Shown here in pieces: positions 53,688 to 64,000 of a DNA stretch of 64,000 bases (position 1 is the stretch's first letter; each line of letters opens with the position of its first letter). Both the position numbers and the translations under genes were made by a program. The notes under the pieces were generated by a model that ran no database searches, had not been told where the DNA came from, and was given only the letters and a program-made list of their open reading frames with translations. Origin of the DNA: Porphyridium purpureum (Eukaryota). The stretch lies in the NCBI GenBank assembly GCA_008690995.1, contig VRMN01000003.1, forward strand, positions 1,116,001 through 1,180,000, given 5' to 3'.

Positions 53688-54818
53688 ATGAGCGTTCAAA
53701 GCGGGCTGGATGTTCAGGCCGGCATTGCGGCCAGGAGCCATGAGTCCAGATCAGGAGCTGGGGATGCGCTAGTGCTCAAAGAGCTAGAAAGCGTGCTGAA
53801 GCTCGACCGGATGCATCCCGCGTTTGTGTGGCAATGGGGCACTGAGACAGGAGCCACGCACGGCTCCGCGCTACGTGATTTGGGTCGCTGGGAAAGGGTC
53901 ATAGCGGAAGCCAAACTCTCGTTAAATGGATACGAGATGCTCTTCTCATTGGGCGTCAGCGCGCTGCATGCGCGGGCATGGGCATTATTTGACGCGGTCG
54001 AGCGCCGGCTGAAGCAGTTTCTTGGCCCCTCTGAAAAGATACCACGACTCAAATTGTTACAGGGCATGAAGGCCGAAGCCGAACGCCGCTGGGAGGATGC
54101 ACAAGAGCAGTATTTAAAGATATTGTCCACGGACGGCGACCCTCCTAGCTCTGCCCGTCTAGTGGCGATGCTGCGGTCCCAACTTCGCGACCAGGAGGCT
54201 TTACTCACTTTACAGCGATATGTTGCGGACGTACCCACGGATAAGGCGGCATGGCAGGAACTACGCAAACTTTCATGTGAGCTGCACGACTACGAACGGG
54301 CCGCTTTCGCCGCTTGCCAATGCATCTTGCTCATGCCCAGTTGCGCATATACAGCGCAGCGCGCAGCAGAAGTATACTATTCCATGGAGGCTTACGGCAC
54401 CGCACGCAACTACTACGCTCGCAGCATCCACATCAGTCTTGCCAGTGCGTCCGGCGGTGCACACCTGGGCGTCAAGTCGGGCCCGAGCAATCGCGCAGCG
54501 ACCGTATCGCTGCATTCGGTTCCTGTATCTGCCGTCTGGGGTCTTTGGGTAACATGTATTGCAATTGCTGCAGAGCAATCTGCTTCTAACACACAGCCGG
54601 CAGGCTCAGGTGTCGATGCGGCAGCAGCTGATGCAGGCATGGACGCAGCGCAGAGCAACGATTTTCAGAAACCAGGTATGGAGAACAATTCAGAGCTGTT
54701 GCGCTGGTCTCAAAGGCTTCTGCTTGCCATCTACAGAGATACTGTCAGCACCATCGAAGGCGTCTCTACTATGAGCGTTCAATGCGCGCGCGATGTACTA
54801 GTAGAATTCGAACCATAA
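53688..54818 (+). CDS. EMC2: ER membrane protein complex subunit 2 (TTC35)-like TPR protein
   Basis: L..QF..S....L.GM.AEA..WEDA..QY..IL, D..AWQEL..L, Y..AAF...CIL..P, AE..Y.....ARNYY. Confidence 0.75.
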   Translation: MSVQSGLDVQAGIAARSHESRSGAGDALVLKELESVLKLDRMHPAFVWQWGTETGATHGSALRDLGRWERVIAEAKLSLNGYEMLFSLGVSALHARAWALFDAVERRLKQFLGPSEKIPRLKLLQGMKAEAERRWEDAQEQYLKILSTDGDPPSSARLVAMLRSQLRDQEALLTLQRYVADVPTDKAAWQELRKLSCELHDYERAAFAACQCILLMPSCAYTAQRAAEVYYSMEAYGTARNYYARSIHISLASASGGAHLGVKSGPSNRAATVSLHSVPVSAVWGLWVTCIAIAAEQSASNTQPAGSGVDAAAADAGMDAAQSNDFQKPGMENNSELLRWSQRLLLAIYRDTVSTIEGVSTMSVQCARDVLVEFEP

Positions 54819-54917
54819 AGACGAGCAGTCCTTACCCATTTCCCAAACCTGTCGCAAACGTGAACATGTTCGTCAGACAATGAGCACTTTAAAAGTTGGA
54901 CCGCGAGAGCCTGCGAC

Positions 54918-57749
54918 ATGGCGGAGCAGAAACGGAGTGACACGTTGCCGCGTTTAATCGCTGAGCAGGAGCTAGCCATGAATCATTCTCCCCTGATTGT
55001 GATGGCGCAAGGGCTTGGTGCGCACAAGTTGGTGGCTTGGCTCGGCGTGATTCTTGCGACCAGCGACGACGCGCACGCAAAGAGCAGTGCACGAGGCGCG
55101 GTCTTTGTGGTGAATGTGCGCGATGCAGAACGTGATGAATGGCTCCAATTCACCGCTACGCTCCTGCAAAGATCGGCGAGTATTAGCAAGGACACCGAAG
55201 GTAGTCAGCAGGATGTGCTGCTTCTACCGCCGCGCTTTGTGGACGCAGAGTACTCGCGACAGGAACGTGTCGAAGCGTACCAAGCCGGAGGAATTATCTT
55301 GGTGACGGCGCGGGTGCTGCTGACGGACTTGCTCCGCGGTGAGTTGAGCGCTAGCTCAGGCTTGATTCGCGCGGTGGTTGTCATGGATGCACATATCAAC
55401 GCATGCCTTGAGTATGGTATGATTGGGTTTGCTTTGCGCCTGGTGCGCGAGGAGCACTCACACGCACGCATTTGCGCAGTGACAGATCGACCTGAGAAGG
55501 TTTCGTCTGGCTTCCACGGCGCTGCTGTCCGCGCGAAGGCCGCACGTGCAAGCGCACTTTCGCTTTGGCCGCGCTTCCATGAGGTTGTGCAAGGCTACAT
55601 TGCGAACGCAACCCGGAGTGGGATTGAGCTCGTCGAGGTCAGCATTCGACTTCCATCCAAGGTGCTTCAAATCCAGACCGCGCTGGTCAAGACTGTGCAA
55701 ACGGTCGTGCGAGAGTTGCAAGCTAGCACACAAAACGGAGTGGACGCTTCTGAATTTTTGCAGCCGGGTGAAAAGGGCGTACACGCCATCGTGCATTCCA
55801 GATTTGACGACATTATTAAGGGCCAGCTACTGCCTGTGTGGTCGAAATGCTCCCCCAAAACTAGGCAACTGGTTTGCGATCTACGCACGCTCCGAGAATT
55901 AATTGTGGACTTACCACGCTTAAGCTGCATCCAGTTCTGGTCACGCCTGTGCGCGTTGAGAATCACAGAACCCAAAGGCAGCATGTGGATGGTGGCACGT
56001 TCCGCGCAAGCTATTTTCACGGTTGCCGAGTCGAGGTGCTGGAAAGTAGCCGCAGACAAGCAGCGTGTTCTCGTCTTGGAGCCAAACACGAAATGGGATG
56101 CATTACGAGATACCGTTTGCGAAATCAAAACGGAAATTCAGTCAGCGCGCAACCTGGAAGGCCCAAGCGTGCGGAAAAAAGCGCGCCTGGAAGAAGACGT
56201 ATCTAGCCCGTCGAATACACCATCGTCTGCGGGCGCCGAGGCTCTGTTGAACAATTCATCTCGTGTACTAATCATTACTCGTGATGCCGAAACAGTTGAA
56301 CAGCTGTCACACGTACTTCGAGGCCCGGCAGAAGTGCACGAATGGATGAAGGTGGAATTGAATGAGATTTTGAACGGAAAACACGTGGATACTGAGACGA
56401 ACGTGGAGGCAAGCGAAAGTGAGCCTGACCCTGAAGTGGATATAAATGCTACTTCTTTGAACGCAGCAAATTCTGCAATGACCGAATGGAGTGATATCGA
56501 AGGCAGCATCACCGTGGCAATCAGGCCTATTCACGAATCACTGCGCTTCGGCTTTCTGGACGAGTTTGGTCCATCTTTTGTCGTTCTGTACGATGCAGCG
56601 CTGCCGTGCATCCGCCAATTAGAAATGTTTCGAGCCAGTAGGCCCGGTCGTGCGCTGCGCGTGTACTTGCTCTTGTACGAGAATTGCAGTGAATCGAGCC
56701 GATTTCAAGCTGCTTTAGATGGAGAGGTGAAAGCGTACGAGCGACTCATCGGTGAAAAAAAGTCACTTGTTTTCGCAGAGGACTTGGGTGCGGACGCGGC
56801 AAAGCACGCCGATAGTTTCGGAGAAGCTGCTACTGGCAGTGCACGTTTTGTACCCGCGCGCTCGGGTCTCGGAAGTGATCGGGACTCAAGAGTGACAGCT
56901 TTGCAAGCAAGTCACGAGGGCAGAGAAAAACAAGTAATTGTAGATGTTCGAGAGCTGCGCTCGCCTTTGCCTGCAATCATGCACGCAAGAGGCACTCGAC
57001 TGATTCCGACGACGCTGACCGTCGGTGATTATGTGCTCAGCCCTCGTGTTGTCGTAGAGCGCAAGACCCTGTCCGATTTGATTTCGTCCCTGAAGGCAGG
57101 GCGATTATTCGTGCAGGCCGAGGCAATGCTTCGCTACTACCCAGTGGCATGTTTACTCATTGAATTGGGCCCAGAACACGCGCAATCCGTAGGGAATGCC
57201 GAGGGCGGCGGGATAGGAGGGGACGTGGTGGGCGAAGATGCTCATGCGGCAGAGATGTATCGCGCCGTGTCTATGAACGCGGCGCTAGGGAAGGCCGGTT
57301 TTGGGGACCCGGGTAATGCTACAAGCCCAATGTCACGACTGGTGCTGCTCGCGCAAGCCTTCCCGAAGCTACGCTTCATTTGGGCGCGCGGCCCAAACCA
57401 CGCGGCAATTCTGCTAGAATCCATCAAAGCGACCGAAAAGGAACAGCCTGATGAGGAATTTGCGATTCAGGTCGGCCGCTTATCTGGAGCGAATTTATCC
57501 GATGGTGTTCTCAGCCTGGCCGAAGACCGCCTCGAGGAAAGTTTCAACAGCGATGCGGTTGCGTTTCTTCGCACGATTCCAGGTATCGAGCCCAACGTGA
57601 TTCCGCGTATTGCCGAGCAATGCGAATCTGTGGCCGAGTTGTTCAAGCTTGACATTGATGGATTGGCCTCGGTTTTGGCAAGTCGGGCAAACGCTCAGAA
57701 GGTATTCAAGTTCATCCATGCAGAAGCACCGGATTTTGCTAGCGTCTAG
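54918..57749 (+). CDS. XPF: DNA repair endonuclease XPF (ERCC4/Rad1/UVH1)
   Basis: Inactive helicase-like N-terminus (LWPRFH, KTRQLV.DL.TLR), nuclease IVDVRELRS.LP, GDYVLSP..VERK..SDL..SL..GRL..Q, C-terminal HhH. Confidence 0.95.
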   Translation: MAEQKRSDTLPRLIAEQELAMNHSPLIVMAQGLGAHKLVAWLGVILATSDDAHAKSSARGAVFVVNVRDAERDEWLQFTATLLQRSASISKDTEGSQQDVLLLPPRFVDAEYSRQERVEAYQAGGIILVTARVLLTDLLRGELSASSGLIRAVVVMDAHINACLEYGMIGFALRLVREEHSHARICAVTDRPEKVSSGFHGAAVRAKAARASALSLWPRFHEVVQGYIANATRSGIELVEVSIRLPSKVLQIQTALVKTVQTVVRELQASTQNGVDASEFLQPGEKGVHAIVHSRFDDIIKGQLLPVWSKCSPKTRQLVCDLRTLRELIVDLPRLSCIQFWSRLCALRITEPKGSMWMVARSAQAIFTVAESRCWKVAADKQRVLVLEPNTKWDALRDTVCEIKTEIQSARNLEGPSVRKKARLEEDVSSPSNTPSSAGAEALLNNSSRVLIITRDAETVEQLSHVLRGPAEVHEWMKVELNEILNGKHVDTETNVEASESEPDPEVDINATSLNAANSAMTEWSDIEGSITVAIRPIHESLRFGFLDEFGPSFVVLYDAALPCIRQLEMFRASRPGRALRVYLLLYENCSESSRFQAALDGEVKAYERLIGEKKSLVFAEDLGADAAKHADSFGEAATGSARFVPARSGLGSDRDSRVTALQASHEGREKQVIVDVRELRSPLPAIMHARGTRLIPTTLTVGDYVLSPRVVVERKTLSDLISSLKAGRLFVQAEAMLRYYPVACLLIELGPEHAQSVGNAEGGGIGGDVVGEDAHAAEMYRAVSMNAALGKAGFGDPGNATSPMSRLVLLAQAFPKLRFIWARGPNHAAILLESIKATEKEQPDEEFAIQVGRLSGANLSDGVLSLAEDRLEESFNSDAVAFLRTIPGIEPNVIPRIAEQCESVAELFKLDIDGLASVLASRANAQKVFKFIHAEAPDFASV

Positions 57750-57770
57750 GTTCCAATCACTTTCTCGTCC

Positions 57771-59081
57771 TTATGGAACGGGAACCTGGGATATGCATCC
57801 ACACGACAAGGGGAGCTCACTCAGCGGAGTCCACCGGAAGTGCTCTTTGTCTGACCATGTGTAAACGATGAAGGCGCGCGTATAGTTATAGGAACCACGT
57901 AGCGACGATGGGCAAACGTATTTGAACTGGAGGCCGTGACAGTAGACGCCTAATCCTTGCTCTGGTGGGAGATCTAAGCCATCGACCAGGTGAATGTGCG
58001 CAAAGAGGGCATATCCATCTGCACGATTAACTGCGCACTCCAGGAGCATGGAAGCTGGTGCTGTAAAAGTTCGAAGAACACGCCCGTACAGTGCCAAGAA
58101 CTTGACGTGAAAGCGCCATATGTCTTCATACGCGTCAATCCTGGCGGTTTGCAGGTCATTCCAATTACGAGCGAGAATGAATACTGGCCACTCGCACGCT
58201 TCAAGCAAGCCTGACTGCTGCTCGTCTCCTGAACTGGGCAGCTGATCAATATTACCATTCCGCGTTGCATTCATTTCGAGGACGACGTTCTTCCCGAAAT
58301 CGGTACTGCGAGGGCAAGGGAGCGGACACGGCCTTCGTCTTGGCCATGCCGATGCAGATTGTCTGAAGTCCTGGAAGTCACTATCATGCTCAAGTCCCAG
58401 TGCTTTGACCAATGTGAGACCTGGCACAAGGAGTGAGTCTGCCGGCAGACTGAGAATGCTTCCAACGGTGAGCGCTCTGTACCGCTTTCGGCTCAGCGTC
58501 AGCAAAAGTATTGCGCTTTGTCCTAGCTCTGGCAGGTACACCAGGACGGGACAGCCAAAGCTAGGCTCGTCAGGCACCACTGGGCGTTTTGGAACCTTGG
58601 AGGCAGCGCAAGGCAACAGTGCGTGCTCCTCCTCAGGCCAGCGCGTACGCTCCAACATGATAGGTGGACTGCACATTTCAGCAAAGAAGGATGAACCCAG
58701 CATCATCCAGTCTGTTTGCTCGGGACGCATTTGAGCGAGCCATGCACGCACTTGCGCAGCGTTCGAGTCGTTTGCCCGGCCGTGAGTCTTTGTCTGCTCT
58801 CCGTAAGTCTGCAGGGCTACGTGCTTCTGCTCGCCCGCGGTAAGTGATGCCACCGGCTCGCGAAGCTCTGTGTGGTTCATAACATGCTCTTGCGGCTGCT
58901 GGCCGTCATGCAGCGCGCGCTGCGACAGCACGGCGTGCTGGCGCTCCCATTCCACCAGCCACGGATGTGTCGTGCTTCTGACCCGTTCGAGCTCAGACTC
59001 TAGGTTCAGCGCGCGGAGGTCGATCCCACGGCGCTTCTTCGCATGCGGCCTTCTTGCGTCTGCGACGAACCGCCAACTCAT
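57771..59081 (-). CDS. Hypothetical protein (about 436 aa)
   Basis: Long ORF with protein-like composition; likely ATG 59081; no family recognised. Confidence 0.65.
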   Translation of the reverse strand: MSWRFVADARRPHAKKRRGIDLRALNLESELERVRSTTHPWLVEWERQHAVLSQRALHDGQQPQEHVMNHTELREPVASLTAGEQKHVALQTYGEQTKTHGRANDSNAAQVRAWLAQMRPEQTDWMMLGSSFFAEMCSPPIMLERTRWPEEEHALLPCAASKVPKRPVVPDEPSFGCPVLVYLPELGQSAILLLTLSRKRYRALTVGSILSLPADSLLVPGLTLVKALGLEHDSDFQDFRQSASAWPRRRPCPLPCPRSTDFGKNVVLEMNATRNGNIDQLPSSGDEQQSGLLEACEWPVFILARNWNDLQTARIDAYEDIWRFHVKFLALYGRVLRTFTAPASMLLECAVNRADGYALFAHIHLVDGLDLPPEQGLGVYCHGLQFKYVCPSSLRGSYNYTRAFIVYTWSDKEHFRWTPLSELPLSCGCISQVPVP

Positions 59082-59595
59082 GGCACGTCCATTGCCCGTG
59101 CGACCTCGCGCACGCCCTTTCTCCTGTCTTCTCACCCGCTGCTTCGCGCGCGCCAAGCCGAAACCACATGGCACAAACCCTCAATCTAACCACTGCGTGT
59201 AACCCTCAAAATAACCATAAGTGTACCTAGCCTGACGAGTGTACTCCGGTTTTCAGGAGACAGCGAGTCAGGCGTGTCGAATGCATTACAAAGTAATGCG
59301 TGTGTGAGTGTTTCTGAGTAAACGCGCACGTTCGTGTAGAACCAGTTGATCCAGTCATTGCCACGAAGGAATGTGCGGCTACTGGATGAAGTTCTTGGCG
59401 CTCATGGTCGCAAAGGGGCTGTATCTAGGACTCGAGTGGAGTGGGGAAGAAGGCGTAGAGAAGCGAGGGGTGGGGAAAGCGTGGCGCGGGGCAGGTCGGG
59501 CAGGGAGTGAGAGGCGGGGGAGTCAGGGAGGGGGAAGGATTCGGGGTAGGGATCGGGAGCGTGCCGATCAGGGTTGCGTGCGCGCGCGGGGTTGA

Positions 59596-60225
<630 letters not shown>

Positions 60226-60994
60226 AAATCGTGCAGTCTGTCATGCACCGGATCTATATGATGGGCTCGTCTTGGTGATCTTTGCACCGATCCTGTGAAT
60301 GCTGCTCTGTTCGTAGCTGTCCGTTTGGTTGGATTTGGATATTCGGCGCAGAGCGTCGCGGAAGCGACGCTTTGGACTTTTTTTCCTCCGGGAATGCGCA
60401 GCGTGAGAGGGTGGACTTGCGTGGATGTTGGGCCACGATCGAGAAGAAGGCGCACAGATGCGGGAGCACGGCACGAAACTCGTTTTCCACCATTACCTTT
60501 GTTCTTTGGGCCGTCTTCTTTTATTCTGGTTTGCTCAGAGGTTCGGACGCCAGGAAATCCTTGTGGTCTCACCCGTGAGAAAAGAAAAGAAAAAAAAAAT
60601 TTATCATTTACGAAATAAATGGCGTGCGCAGATGCATTCGTTTTGAAGACGTACGCGTTTGTGGACGTTCTCAGCCGCATCGCCATGCAGCCAATTGTTT
60701 GCGTCTCGAGCGCGCGGGCGATGTGATCAACCTGCCGTGCGCGAAACCTGGGCGCCTTCCACCACGCAGCGCTGCGCGTGCTCGGCTCAAGCGCGCGCTG
60801 GGCAGTACCGCGCGCGGTACAGCGATGCAGGAGATTGAGGGTTTTCGCGCTGTGGCGCAAGTGCGGCGGCCGCGATGGTGCGTTCGACGAGCTGACCGGA
60901 TCGCGCAGTGCGGAGAAAGATTTGGCGGGCGAGGGGGCGCAAGTGGGAGCGGTCCGGTGGTTGCGCCGTGAGGGAGAGCGTACGCATCGCCGGC

Positions 60995-62617
60995 ATGGAG
61001 CTGGTCGACGAGCATGGGAAATGGGCCGGGCGGCAGCTCGAGCGCGCCGTGGCAGAGCGCGTGAAGCAGGGCACGCTGGGCTCGGCGTCCAAGCTGTGCG
61101 TGGTCGCCGCGCTCGGCGCGCAGCGCTCGGGCGTGTCCTCGCTGCTGAACCGCGTGTGCGGGACGCAATTTGACGCTGCGGGGCGCGAACGCGATGCCCC
61201 GCGCACGCTGGGCGTCCAAGCGCTGTTCTGTGCGGCGTCCAGGCTTGAAGATGCCGGCGCCTTTCTCGCTCTCGACGTTGAGGGATTCGACCAGATGAGC
61301 ACCACTCGCGTGCTCATTCAAGATGCGGGGGCCTCATTTGCAGCCGCGGCGGCGGATGTGCTCGTGCTCAGTGTCTTCATGCACGACATCTCCAAGCCGG
61401 AGGCATCAGGAATGGCTGCCCTGGCTTCGATCGCCCGCACGCTGCGTGCTCTGCATGAGAGCGGTACTCTGGGCGGCTCCGCGATTCGTAGACGAGTTAT
61501 TGTGGCTGTCCGAGATTATGATGCTGAAGAGCTTAGCGAACAGGAGCTCGCGGATTTTTACAAGGGAGAGCTCGGTGCCCACATGGGCGGTGGCCTTGCT
61601 GCCGTGAAAAAAGTGTTCGACATGCGGTTTGAGTTCCTACCTCACGCGTTTTTACAGCGTGACGAGTATGAGCAGGGCATTGAGCGACTTCAATCCCTTC
61701 TTGTCCAGTTGCAGCAGGAGCTGTCGTGCCGAAAAGCCGCAGCGGTGTACCCCCAGATGAGGAAGATTTGGCAATCGATCGAGAGAGAGTTAAATCAGAA
61801 CTCACGAACAGGACACGCAAGCGGAACCGCGCAGGATGAAGAAGCCGATGCGGCTTACTATGTTCAGGCCGCCATGCGTGAAGCGCTGGACGGGTACTTC
61901 AAGCGAGTCCAACCTTGGAAGGAGGCTGTAGAGAGTGCGCGCCTCGTACGTAACTTTGGCCCTGACTGCAAGTTGCGCGTCGACGAAGCCCTCACCGCGT
62001 TTGATGAGGCGACGCGCCCGTACGAGCACACTCGTGTGTACTTGGTGCGACGTGAGGAGCTGCGCACAAGCATTCTGCTTGACCTGCAGACACTCTTTTC
62101 GCGACAAGTGCTCAAGGTTCGGGACATTGCATATCATGTTTTTACTGAGAAGGCCTCGCGCATCCCTCTCTCCGGGCACGTCGAGAAGCGAGTGGGCGAG
62201 GCTATTCAGGAGGCCGACCAGTTCTTCGTGGAGCGCGCGTCCGCGCTACGATGTGAGTATGCGCCGAAGGACGCATGGCGCTTTGAAAATGAACGGGCTG
62301 AACTGCTTGGCGGTATCCGAGAGAATGCGACGGAGCGCCTACAGCTGTCGCGCCTGCAGGGCTCTTACATTCCCAAGATTCGAAAGCCGGTCTCGGTATC
62401 GTTCCACTACTTGGACCCGACACCGTTCGGTTGGTATGACTCACGGTACAAGCCCGCGATACCTGTGGGACCGCAGCCAAGCGAGGATCCTGATCGATAT
62501 CGCCGAGCAGGCATTGGCAGCATAAGGCCAACCTCATCTGAAGGCCACAAGTTCACGCGCAGGAGTTCAATCGACTATGCCGAGACGCTCCGTTTGTTCG
62601 AGGCTGATGCGCGGTAG
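60995..62617 (+). CDS. RHD3/Sey1-like protein with a degenerate GTPase domain
   Basis: VAALGAQRSGVSSLLN..GTQF, RTLG, LDVEGFD, VRD, then a helical bundle; start uncertain. Confidence 0.75.
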   Translation: MELVDEHGKWAGRQLERAVAERVKQGTLGSASKLCVVAALGAQRSGVSSLLNRVCGTQFDAAGRERDAPRTLGVQALFCAASRLEDAGAFLALDVEGFDQMSTTRVLIQDAGASFAAAAADVLVLSVFMHDISKPEASGMAALASIARTLRALHESGTLGGSAIRRRVIVAVRDYDAEELSEQELADFYKGELGAHMGGGLAAVKKVFDMRFEFLPHAFLQRDEYEQGIERLQSLLVQLQQELSCRKAAAVYPQMRKIWQSIERELNQNSRTGHASGTAQDEEADAAYYVQAAMREALDGYFKRVQPWKEAVESARLVRNFGPDCKLRVDEALTAFDEATRPYEHTRVYLVRREELRTSILLDLQTLFSRQVLKVRDIAYHVFTEKASRIPLSGHVEKRVGEAIQEADQFFVERASALRCEYAPKDAWRFENERAELLGGIRENATERLQLSRLQGSYIPKIRKPVSVSFHYLDPTPFGWYDSRYKPAIPVGPQPSEDPDRYRRAGIGSIRPTSSEGHKFTRRSSIDYAETLRLFEADAR

Positions 62618-62757
62618 CTGTCTTGATTCTCGGTGTACGAAGCTGTTAGTGGTGTCCAGACCCATCGTTTAGGACTCTCGCAACGTGGTAGTTTTCTCTC
62701 AAAGTTTTAGAACACGAGCGCACACTAAAAACAATTTGAATAGAGGCGAGCTGAAGG

Positions 62758-63585
62758 ATGGCCCCGCAACGGACGAGATGGGGCGCGGCGGGCGCCGAGC
62801 CGGCCGTCGACGCGGCTGGGCTGCGGATGGACGGGAGGCGGCCGTCCGAGATTCGTGTTATGCGTTGCGTGGTCGGTGAAGGCACATTTTCGCCGTTCGG
62901 GATGGGCGACGACGCACACGGGCCGACCGGGTCAGCTTACGTGGAACAAGGGCGCACCGCCGTCCTCGCAACTGTGTACGGGCCACGCGAGCGTGCATCC
63001 TCCTCCTCGGCTCTTCCAGGATCGACAGGCGCGCTCGTGAACTGCGAATTCGCGATCACGGCATTGAATGTTGGCGGCGCAGCAAGCGCTGGTTCTTCAT
63101 ACACCAAGGCTGACCGCCGCTCGTCCGAAATGGCAGCGTCAATTAAGGCTGCCTTTGAGACTGTCATTGTTGGCGACGGGTTGCAGCGTTCGCAGATCGA
63201 TGTGTTTGTGCATGTGCTTCAAAGTGACGGTGGTCAACTGGCGGCTGCGATCAACGCAACCAGCCTGGCGCTGATGAACGCCGGAATCCCTCTGCTAGAC
63301 GTAGTCTGTGCGTGCACGGTCGGTGTTGTCGATGCTTACTACTTGGCAGATGTCACTGCTCTCGAAATGCGTTTTCATGGCGCTGTGCTAACGGTAGCCA
63401 GCACTCCATCAGAACACAAAATCGTACTACTCGAACTGGAATCCAAATTGCCAAACCAGGATACCCTTGATAACGCTCTATCAGTGGCACAAGCTGGTTG
63501 TCAAGAAGTGTATCACGCCATTGACGACGCCATGCATGCCTACTTTGCTGCAGTGCACCGCGCCCACGCGCCCATACGCGCGTGA
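62758..63585 (+). CDS. RRP41: Exosome complex component RRP41 (RNase PH-like)
   Basis: GLRMDGRR..E.R, GSAYVEQG.T.V...VYGPRE, RSQIDVFVHVLQSDGG...A.INA..LAL..AGIP. Confidence 0.95.
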   Translation: MAPQRTRWGAAGAEPAVDAAGLRMDGRRPSEIRVMRCVVGEGTFSPFGMGDDAHGPTGSAYVEQGRTAVLATVYGPRERASSSSALPGSTGALVNCEFAITALNVGGAASAGSSYTKADRRSSEMAASIKAAFETVIVGDGLQRSQIDVFVHVLQSDGGQLAAAINATSLALMNAGIPLLDVVCACTVGVVDAYYLADVTALEMRFHGAVLTVASTPSEHKIVLLELESKLPNQDTLDNALSVAQAGCQEVYHAIDDAMHAYFAAVHRAHAPIRA

Positions 63586-64000
63586 AAACCCCCGCCGAAT
63601 AAAGCGTGGAAAAGCTAGCAGGTTTGCTGCATGTGATACTATCTCGCAGCAGACCAAGAGAAGGAAACCCAAAAGGCCTGCGTGCGTCGAATTCGGTACG
63701 TAGCCAATACTTTGGAGCACGTTCTTCATCCTAGTACTAAAAATCCTTCAAGATCTATCCTTTTTCAACGCTCCAAAGCCCGCACCCCAGCTGACCGTGC
63801 ACTGCACCTGCAACAGCCTCTCTCTCCTTTTCAGCGAACTTTACGGACGCGCTGACCCCAGCGGCCAGACTGCTGCTCGTGCTCCCCCGAACGCATCCGG
63901 TATGCCACCGGAGGCACGCATCCTGACAGCGGCGTCAGAGGTAATGACCGCGCGTCTCCAGCAAGGTGACAGTCCAGAGACAAGAGCGTGTTGCATGAAC

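Noticed and set aside
17418..57749. Functional clustering of UvrB with XPF (and ArfGAP with ARF1)
   Set aside because: Separated by tens of kb of unrelated genes; consistent with chance

Overview
Gene-dense, intron-poor eukaryotic nuclear DNA with about 30 supportable protein-coding genes. The OPR helical-repeat proteins, plastid-type NAD kinase, cyanobacterial-like UvrB, short intergenic gaps and rare GT-AG introns suggest a unicellular alga, probably a Porphyridium-like red alga (inference). Recognisable genes: ArfGAP, NSD-type H3K36 methyltransferase, PDI, UvrB, two OPR proteins, PAQR, SMP-30, 2H phosphoesterase, mitochondrial HSP60, two S1-domain proteins, NAD kinase, Ctr copper transporter, pescadillo, RPC4, HSDL2-like SDR, Rieske protein, EMC2, XPF, ARF1, RHD3/Sey1-like protein and RRP41. 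Most notable observations: (1) a C/D-box snoRNA in the 465-nt HSP60 intron, whose 12-nt guide matches LSU rRNA helix 69; (2) a degenerate adenylate-kinase domain fused to a plastid-type NAD kinase; (3) a nuclear, probably organelle-targeted UvrB; (4) a small membrane-protein ORF whose stop overlaps the pescadillo start (ATGA); (5) a Ctr transporter with a metallothionein-like tail behind a dense palindromic GATGA(CA) cluster. Regions 1.9-4.3 kb and 30-36.2 kb remain largely unexplained. All family calls come from motif recognition by eye; no searches were run, and several start codons are best guesses.
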